From the NCBI GenBank assembly GCA_012295275.1, contig CM022670.1, positions 30,876,001-30,940,000 of the forward strand: DNA of 64,000 nt, read 5' to 3'. This DNA comes from Chrysomallon squamiferum. Taxonomy: Eukaryota > Animalia > Mollusca. The position numbers and the translations under genes are program-made. The notes beneath the pieces were generated by a model. The model did no database searches, was not told the origin of the DNA, and saw only the letters and a program-made list of their open reading frames with translations. This document shows positions 57,101 to 64,000 of the stretch, piece by piece (the stretch's first letter is position 1; every line of letters starts with the position of its first letter).

Positions 57101-57696
57101 GCCTTACCTGTTAGAGATTCAGAGTTGCTCTGGTCGTCACTTTTGCAAATTTTCTTGTGCAGTTTCCAATCTAAAACCTGGTGATCTTTTGTGCAGTAAT
57201 TTACTTTGTGACATCGAGCACACCTCTTAGGTGCCATCACTCCACAAATCTGACAGAGAGGTGGGGTATTTGTCAATCTCGACCGATTTTCAGTTTCAGA
57301 ATCTATATTTTCATCTGGCGGTTCTGAACTATAGAAGTCATTTATTCTTGGAAGCTGTGACCGATATACCTTAAAATTACGACTGGAATTGACTTGTGAA
57401 CATTGTGGGTTTCGACAGATGAATATAAATATAGTTCGATGAAATGCATACGATACTTTTCTTGCAGAATATACCTGCAGAAGAAAGGTTGTCGGTGCAC
57501 CACAGACTGAACATAACAATTCTGATAAACTTGGCAGGTGTGTAAGTGAAAGCCAAGCTGGTTTTCCGCCCACTTTACTCGGAAAGAACCGACTTTTAAG
57601 TAATCTATAATCGGTTTTCTCCAGAAACCCAAGATCCACGCTCGTATTAGACACGTGGGTAGCCATCTCCTTTGTCTTTAAATTACTTTCCTCCAT
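54184..57696 (-). CDS. PDCD2: Programmed cell death protein 2 (MYND finger + PDCD2_C; uS5 chaperone), 4 exons, about 371 aa
   Basis: Exons 57696-57108 ([66 protein letters not shown]), 55509-55253, 54929-54822 ([14 protein letters not shown]...[12 protein letters not shown]), 54345-54184 (VLPQLL...[11 protein letters not shown]...EFLWKQD). All GT-AG and in frame. An alternative start is possible at 57666. Confidence 0.95.
55632..55916. mobile_element. Degenerate Tc1/pogo-type MITE in PDCD2 intron 1
   Basis: TA|CAGGGATCCTCGATGTA ... TGTAACTTGAAGACCCCCTG|TG: degenerate TIRs. Confidence 0.55.
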
Positions 57697-59224
57697 TTTC
57701 TTAAGGAACACCAATGTAATACGTACTAAAACACTTTCAGGACCTTAAACCAAAGTATTATTTTCTGTAGTAATCACCATTGATTTACAAAGATACGAAA
57801 GATATGTATTAACATATATAGTAATCTGAGCTTAAACATCACTAACTATGGAGAGCATAATATTTCTGTGGGTTGGGTGGGGGCATTTTTTGAATATTGA
57901 AGACAGTAACCTGTTTATTTTAGTGTGTGTATATAATATATATGTGTGTGTGTGTGTAATATTAAACTCTGATATAATTCTGTACTTTGTTAAGCAAAAC
58001 CTATTGGCTGAGTGATGCTATATATTAATATACATGTATGTAACATGAATAAATTGTATTTTCAAAACTGTACAGAAAAAATAAATAAGGTGCCATTTTT
58101 TCCAAATCTGCAGTGCCATTTCTTCCATACCCCATTTATTTTTGTGCCAGAACTGCCATTCTATCAGTTTTCTTTTTGAACCTTTACTGGACCCAACTGT
58201 GTGAACCTAAATGTACCAACCGACGACCATCTAACTTATATTAATTGCATTTTCTACTGATCTGGTATAAATTATCATTTGGGATTTTATCAGCTGCTGT
58301 GTATTTTAGGAAAGGGTTAAAGACTGTTTCTATTATATGATATTACAAAACTAACACTCATAATAGTGAATCATTTACTGTAGTTATTTTAAAATTACTT
58401 ATTTATTCTAATACATACAATTGGTTTCTTTTAACTAATCACTATGTTATCAACTTTGCTAATAACATGTTCAATTACATGACATGCAAATGCTGTTATT
58501 ATGAATCAAAAACACACTGAACACTGTTCAATGGGTTGCTCTCATCAACTGGCATCAAAAAATCTTTCATTTGTGTCTTTCCATTGATAGAAATGTAGCT
58601 ATTAGAATCTTTGCTAAATCATAGTAACTCACTTGTGAAATTAAAACCTGTAGAGGCACCAAGGACTGATCCTGCAACACATCACTTCCTAAGCATGTTT
58701 ACCAAAATTTTATTCATGAAAATAATGATTTGGATTTTAGCAGAGAGAAACCAATAAAAATATGTAATTATAAAGTTGCACTTTATTTTATCAATGCAAT
58801 AACATTAAAATACTCAGGTTATACAAATATTTGTATTGTTTTTATTCAATTCACCTATTTGTAACTACAGTTTAATATTGTTATGAGAAACATGTCAACC
58901 AGTGTCATATTTGATGATTTAAAAATATAAAAAATGTTTTTTCGATGTTATCATTCCTTACTTATGTTACACAATACGTTTTACATCCAACTTAGATGAA
59001 CCATTTTTCTTTACTACTGAAATAATCAAGGTCTGTGATAAATTTTTCACTAACAAAGACAGCATTCATACTTACCCACAGCATTTATTTTGTTCATTAA
59101 AATGAGTGATTTAATTTAAGAAATGGAAATTTTGTTGTCTTTATTTTTTTTTAATTAACAGGAATTAAAAATAAGGTATAAACATAATCAACAATAAGTA
59201 TACATAAATTCAAATTTTATTTTT

Positions 59225-60088
59225 TCACAGCATAGTAACAATATTTTCTGGAAAACAATTCCTCAGTATGATTCCTTTGCTCTCATGGATATCTAGTTCA
59301 TCAATAAAACCAAACCAGTATATCACCATTCCTGGTCCAAATCTATTCCAGTAGGACCAAAACTGATCTTTCAGATAACCCTTGTGACTGAATTCATCTC
59401 CAAATGATGCTTTACTCTCTATCCAGTTTACAACATGTCCATCCACAGCTACTGGCACTTCTAGTTTGCAGTCTGGTGTTTTGTCATAACCTAGATCTCT
59501 CATTTGCTCTTCATCAATGTATGTTAAACAATGGTCATCTAATTTCTGCTTCAACTTACATTCATATTCAAGTCCAACTGAATGCTTGATGCCATCCACA
59601 AAAAAGCCATAATGATCATCACAGGTGATGCATTCATGAATCTCCCTGGCAAGAAGAGGATCCTCAATTAGGCATGGTTCCTTCATCATTTTGGTGACAA
59701 CTGATTTTGGTGTGATAGCAGAATCATACTTTGTGGCAGAAAGATGTTTTTCCAGAACAATCCTAGCAAGCTGAGCAGGAGAAAGATCAACTTCTTCAGC
59801 AAGACTCAAAAGTACATGACCTTTACCTTCTTTGATGTCCTGCAAGTATTTTTGATAATAAAAATATTGCAACTCAGGCTGGTAATGATGATGGTGACTT
59901 TTCCTCATTTTCCTCTGATATTCCTGAGAAACAATACTACACAAAGTTTTCAATGACACTTCTGGGAAATGTTTTCCTATCTCAGGCAACATGTCTTTAG
60001 TACTTGTAAAACTTCTTTTCTTAGATTTACTATCATAATTATAGTTCTGTATTATGGTTACTATCTGGTTGTATGTTTCTAACTTCAT
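59225..60088 (-). CDS. CDIN1: CDAN1-interacting nuclease 1 (C15orf41), intronless, 287 aa
   Basis: Single 864-nt ORF with family motifs GLEYE..L, GYDKTPDCKLEVPVAVDGHVVNWIESKASFGD, QFWSYWNRFGPGMVIYWFGFI (PD-(D/E)XK nuclease fold). Start context GCCACTATG. Confidence 0.95.
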   Translation of the reverse strand: MKLETYNQIVTIIQNYNYDSKSKKRSFTSTKDMLPEIGKHFPEVSLKTLCSIVSQEYQRKMRKSHHHHYQPELQYFYYQKYLQDIKEGKGHVLLSLAEEVDLSPAQLARIVLEKHLSATKYDSAITPKSVVTKMMKEPCLIEDPLLAREIHECITCDDHYGFFVDGIKHSVGLEYECKLKQKLDDHCLTYIDEEQMRDLGYDKTPDCKLEVPVAVDGHVVNWIESKASFGDEFSHKGYLKDQFWSYWNRFGPGMVIYWFGFIDELDIHESKGIILRNCFPENIVTML

Positions 60089-60246
60089 AGTGGCAAATTA
60101 TTTGTAAAACTATTTTAAAATGTTAATCAGTCATGTGAATAAAAAAAATATATATCCACCAACACTTTCTTAAATATGTTCAGACTAGTAAAATGTAGTC
60201 ATTTATTATACACTATTTTTCAAAGACTTATTTTTTATGTTTCAAA

Positions 60247-60641
60247 TTATTTCTTCTTCCAGAGATGACTATATTTATCTACATCAAAATCATCTTCAAT
60301 ATCTTCCTCTATTACAATCTTTGTTTTTGGTTTACGTTTTCTTAGTCTTTCTTCTCTTTCTGCTACTGACAATGTTGACAAATCAAATGGAAGCTATGAA
60401 AATAAAAATAAAGGGAAAAATGTTACGAAATGTTCATTATTCTCTGGACTTTGTGGACCACTAAAAATGATGGTAAAAGCATTAATGAATATTGCATTAT
60501 CATTATTACATTGAAAAAAAATAAACGAAATAATTATTTTTTTTAAATATATGCTCAATATCAGGCATTTAGAATTTTAAGTACAGGTAGTGAACCATTT
60601 ATCGGACATTCAGAAATCTGGAAAATCCAGAAAACCGGCAA

Positions 60642-60691
<50 letters not shown>

Positions 60692-62463
60692 GTTACTACT
60701 TTTAAATTAGTCATGCTGTAAATCGCCACTCAGTCACTGCATTATTCTTGTTTTCATGACTTACATGTTGAACAGTTTAAGTGAGAATGATGCTGTGTAG
60801 AGGTAAATCTCTCACAGAAGTCATTATAACTGTCAAATTAAATTATGTTCTTTAATTTTATTTATTTAATTTTCATCTGATATATTATACATGATACTCT
60901 AAGAAATTTAAGTATTTGAAGCATTGTATTAATTTGTACAGATATTGTTTAAATAAAATTATATTCTTCCTTTTCTTTGTTTAATTTTAATCCTATTTAT
61001 TATAGATCATATTCTATACAGGTAATTTTAAAATTTTAATGGATTTAGTATGTATCCAGAAATCTGGAGCACCCCCAGTCCTATGCTTGCCGGATAAAGG
61101 ATTTGGTACTGTACAACAAAAATATTCACACTTTACATAATAATAATAATAATATTTAATAAGATACATACATGTACTTATGTTGAGTATTTTTAGAACA
61201 GAAGGCAAATAACTACCTTAATTATTTTTCTAGGTTCTCTGTATCTCACACTGATTGTTGATCCATTGGGTAATACCACCATGGTTGGATACACTCTGAC
61301 ATAAATTGAACGATTTATTCGGCACACCGCAGCCTTATTAGAGTTGTATCGAACTGATGAATAAACATGTTTCACACCATTCTGAAATAATACAGCTTGC
61401 AATACCCTACAAAATGTATCAAAATATAATCAGCTTAATTAGAAACATAATAAGCACACGGTTTATTAAACAAAGACATCAAGTTAAAGCAATACATATT
61501 ATCTTATACACACTGAAGCATCATTATAATGCTTTGCATGTCACTGAATAAAAAAGAAGAAGCATTGAAGGGTTTTTAACTGACAAAATAAACAATGTGT
61601 CTCTGGATACTGCCAGTTTGTGGCCAGTTAAATAGTCATACAGCTATTTGAAAATACTATTTAAAAAATGAGTTATACTTGTATGCAGTATGCTGATAGA
61701 ACATAATTATACTGACAATTCATACAGCTATGTTATGCCATTTCTGGTAAATGGAGACCCTCATCCTTATGAAGCCACATTACTTAACACTTCATTTTAA
61801 TTAATTAATTCATCCGTTGGCCTCAAGATTATGAAAACATGTTATAATACATAACAATTATTTGTATGGGTACAATATCAAATGTAGAAATTATTTTTTT
61901 AAAATCATTTAGCAAAAATGCCCAATGAAATACACATTATACAGCTATATAATATGTAATACTGCCAACAGAGTGAGTATAGGAACTTAATCATAAATGA
62001 TAACGTGACATAAAAATTCTGGCTACTTTCTTAACTATATAAATTAAATAAACGAAACTAAAATAAATATATACATCGGTAATTTATATTTATATCAGTC
62101 AGTATCACACATTTTATATACTACTCATTTTAGTGTATGGAGCTTTATGTTTAAGTGATAACTCTTTGAAGTCTATTAAGGTATGATTTAAAAACTGTGA
62201 CTTCAGACCTTTACTTATTTAAGTTATTACTAATTTACTAGGTTATCATTACGGTGTTGCCCGATGAGAACATCACGTTTACCGCCTTTATCATTTTATG
62301 GCATAATTAATAATCCACAATCATGTTGACATGTTATTAAACATTTGGTACATAGTTATATCAATCTATTAAAAATAACCACAAAAGGCAACCAATATTT
62401 TAAAATTTGAATTAAAAAAATAAAAGAAATTGTTAAAAACAACCTTCCAATACAGGCCTGCAT
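60247..62463 (-). CDS. MRPL55: Mitochondrial ribosomal protein L55 (bL31m), 3 coding exons, 118 aa
   Basis: Exons 62463-62444 (MQACIGR, phase-2 donor; least certain), 61406-61217 (NSNKAAVCRINRSIYVRVYPTMVVLPNGSTISVRYREPRKIIK), 60393-60247 (LPFDLSTLSVAEREERLRKRKPK...DDFDVDKYSHLWKKK*). The YP..V.P.GSTI.IRY.EPR.I..LP.DL..LS motif is typical of MRPL55. Confidence 0.92.
60584..61111. mobile_element. Degenerate pogo/Tigger-type MITE in MRPL55 intron 2
   Basis: TA|CAGGTAGTGAACCATTTATCGGACA ... TGCCGGATAAAGGATTTGGTACTG|TA. Subterminal CAGAAATCTGGA motif at both ends. Confidence 0.55.
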
Positions 62464-62678
62464 GATTTTGAGTTGTCTGCCCCGAGAAACAAGTGCCCTT
62501 CGTATCGTGTATTTCCGTAACATATTTGTGAATTCGGTAGGTTCCGAAAGTTGGAAATAGCATCGGAAATGTCCGAAAACAATAGCAATCATGTGATTTT
62601 AGTGCTTTCACATGACCAGTTTTGAAAGATGGTTTGTTATTTCATCATGTACTGCTTTACACTATTTTAAAAGACAGT
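62464..62678. promoter_or_regulatory. Bidirectional CpG-rich promoter shared by MRPL55 and CTNS-like gene
   Basis: The divergent ATGs are 215 nt apart. The region is CpG-dense relative to its flanks, with repeated CGGAA/TTCCG (ETS-like) cores and two TCATGTGA M-box/CLEAR-like motifs (62589-62596 +, 62608-62615 -). Confidence 0.75.
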
Positions 62679-62866
62679 ATGACATTAGACGTTTTAAAAT
62701 ATCTGTTTAACCCTCGAATTTGTGGGTTACTGTTGTTTATGTTGCAGTATGGTAAGTGTAATAAATAATTTTGACATTTTAAAAGAGATATGTTGCCAAC
62801 TTTTTTTTTTCCTCATTTCAGCATTTGTAGGATCAGGAAATACTTGAAGTAAATTATATATATTTG

Positions 62867-62906
<40 letters not shown>

Positions 62907-63929
62907 CATTTACTTCAAGTATTTTCTGATCCTACAATATATAACTGTGTTAAACTTAACACACATAAATACACACACATACAACTACATACATAACAAC
63001 CTGCAATCATTACAAGTGTCAAAATGTGATGACTAGATAAATTTCTGTTTTCTATAGCTTTTTGGGATAGAAATATTTATACTTCACAGTAATTACTTGT
63101 TACATATATATATATATTTTGTCCACAGTTACATCTTTAGTGTTTAATTGCTGCTTTAGATCTTAAAAGACCATTTGAAAAATGGTTTTCATTTAAAAAC
63201 TAACATTGTTATGCCTAGTTTTTGTATTCTGCAACAAAATCAATACAAGTGAATCTTCTACTTTTATGAGCAGTTAAAACAATTAATTTCATTTTGCTTT
63301 TTTATTACTTATGTTTGCAGAAAAAATGAATTAATAGCTTTATCCTGCTGTGATCAAATGGCAAATGCTACTTGGCAGAGCTTTACTGCATGTGGCATTC
63401 TAACCTTTTTAGGATAAAGCTGGTATAAAAAGTATATTATACATATGCTAATGTTTATTTTTATAGGAACACTTACTGAATCTGTCACTTTAAAGTTTTC
63501 ATCATCTTCAACAAACATTGAACTTGGAGAAACTGCTGTTTTAGGTCTTATATTCAAGTAAGATGTAATATAGTTAAACGTAAATAATGATATAAAAATA
63601 AAGAAATAAAATAAAATTCAATTCAATTCAATTAATAAATATATAAATAAATAAAATAGATTTCCATATAATATTTGCATATGAAAAAGATGTATATATT
63701 TTTTCTTTTTTTTTTCCTTTAGTGGCCCATTATCTGAACCAGCAGTGTTGATATTTAACTATGAGATAGGTGGAGATATAAAATATACAGAAGATTCCAG
63801 TCTCATAAAACCATTAGGTAACATTACAGTTCCAGCCAATGACAGCTCAGAAATCTTTATCAACATTACTGGGAGTGGTCCAGGTCATCTTATTCTGGGA
63901 GTAAATTCATCTTCTGCAGAGTTTGAGAA
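62679..63929 (+). CDS. CTNS: Probable cystinosin (lysosomal cystine exporter), first three coding exons; continues beyond the right edge
   Basis: Exons 62679-62751 (signal-like MTLDVLKYLFNPRICGLLLFMLQY), 63467-63557, 63723-63929 join in frame. They encode a beta-rich lumenal domain with several N-glycosylation sequons (NIT, NDS, NIT, NSS) and GPGHLILGVNSSS, resembling the cystinosin N-terminus. The PQ-loop transmembrane part lies outside the window, so identity is not proven. Confidence 0.65.
62825..62937. repeat. 30-bp inverted repeat enclosing a (CA)n microsatellite
   Basis: 62825-62854 TTGTAGGATCAGGAAATACTTGAAGTAAAT versus 62908-62937 ATTTACTTCAAGTATTTTCTGATCCTACAA (29/30 complementary). 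Confidence 0.9.
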
Positions 63930-64000
63930 GTATTTATAACATTTTTGTTTATCAAAGTAAACAGCGTATAAAACATTTAGTGAATCATTACATATCCTTT

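Noticed and set aside
60089-60249. MRPL55-CDIN1 fusion by stop-codon read-through
   Set aside because: The TAA is followed by another in-frame TAA four codons later, and the 158-nt spacer is out of frame.
34849-63929. Iron-sulfur functional cluster (FRRS1 + cystinosin)
   Set aside because: The genes are 19 kb apart, separated by unrelated housekeeping genes, with no shared regulatory evidence. The organism's identity is not established.
1-64000. Conserved miRNAs, tRNAs, rRNA, CRISPR arrays
   Set aside because: Only partial seed-like matches without hairpins. tRNA-like heads are decayed SINEs. There is no repeat-spacer array, and the DNA is eukaryotic.

Overview
AT-rich, CpG-depleted, intron-rich animal genomic DNA. 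It is probably a gastropod mollusc, judging from recurrent tRNA-SINE remnants and gene structure, but this is inference. By reading splice junctions manually I reconstruct six protein-coding genes. (1) The 5' part of an EGF/laminin-G secreted protein of the SP2353/pikachurin (EGFLAM)-like type: minus strand, 18.6-kb first intron, runs off the left edge. (2) A complete ferric-chelate reductase FRRS1/SDR2 (Reeler-DOMON-cytochrome b561, 15 coding exons, 612 aa) with one GC-AG intron. (3) PDCD2. (4) An intronless CDIN1/C15orf41. (5) MRPL55. (6) The 5' end of a probable cystinosin (CTNS), head-to-head with MRPL55. Introns carry MITEs (hAT, Tc1/pogo type), SINE and RTE-LINE relics, local duplications and microsatellites. 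The most striking feature is the CDIN1 ORF. It is intact and intronless, starts only 158 nt after the MRPL55 stop codon, and lacks the CpG-rich 5' end seen at the other genes here. This suggests a bicistronic or shared-promoter MRPL55-CDIN1 unit driven by the bidirectional MRPL55/CTNS promoter. No tRNA, rRNA, CRISPR or recognisable miRNA was seen. All alignments and counts were done by eye.
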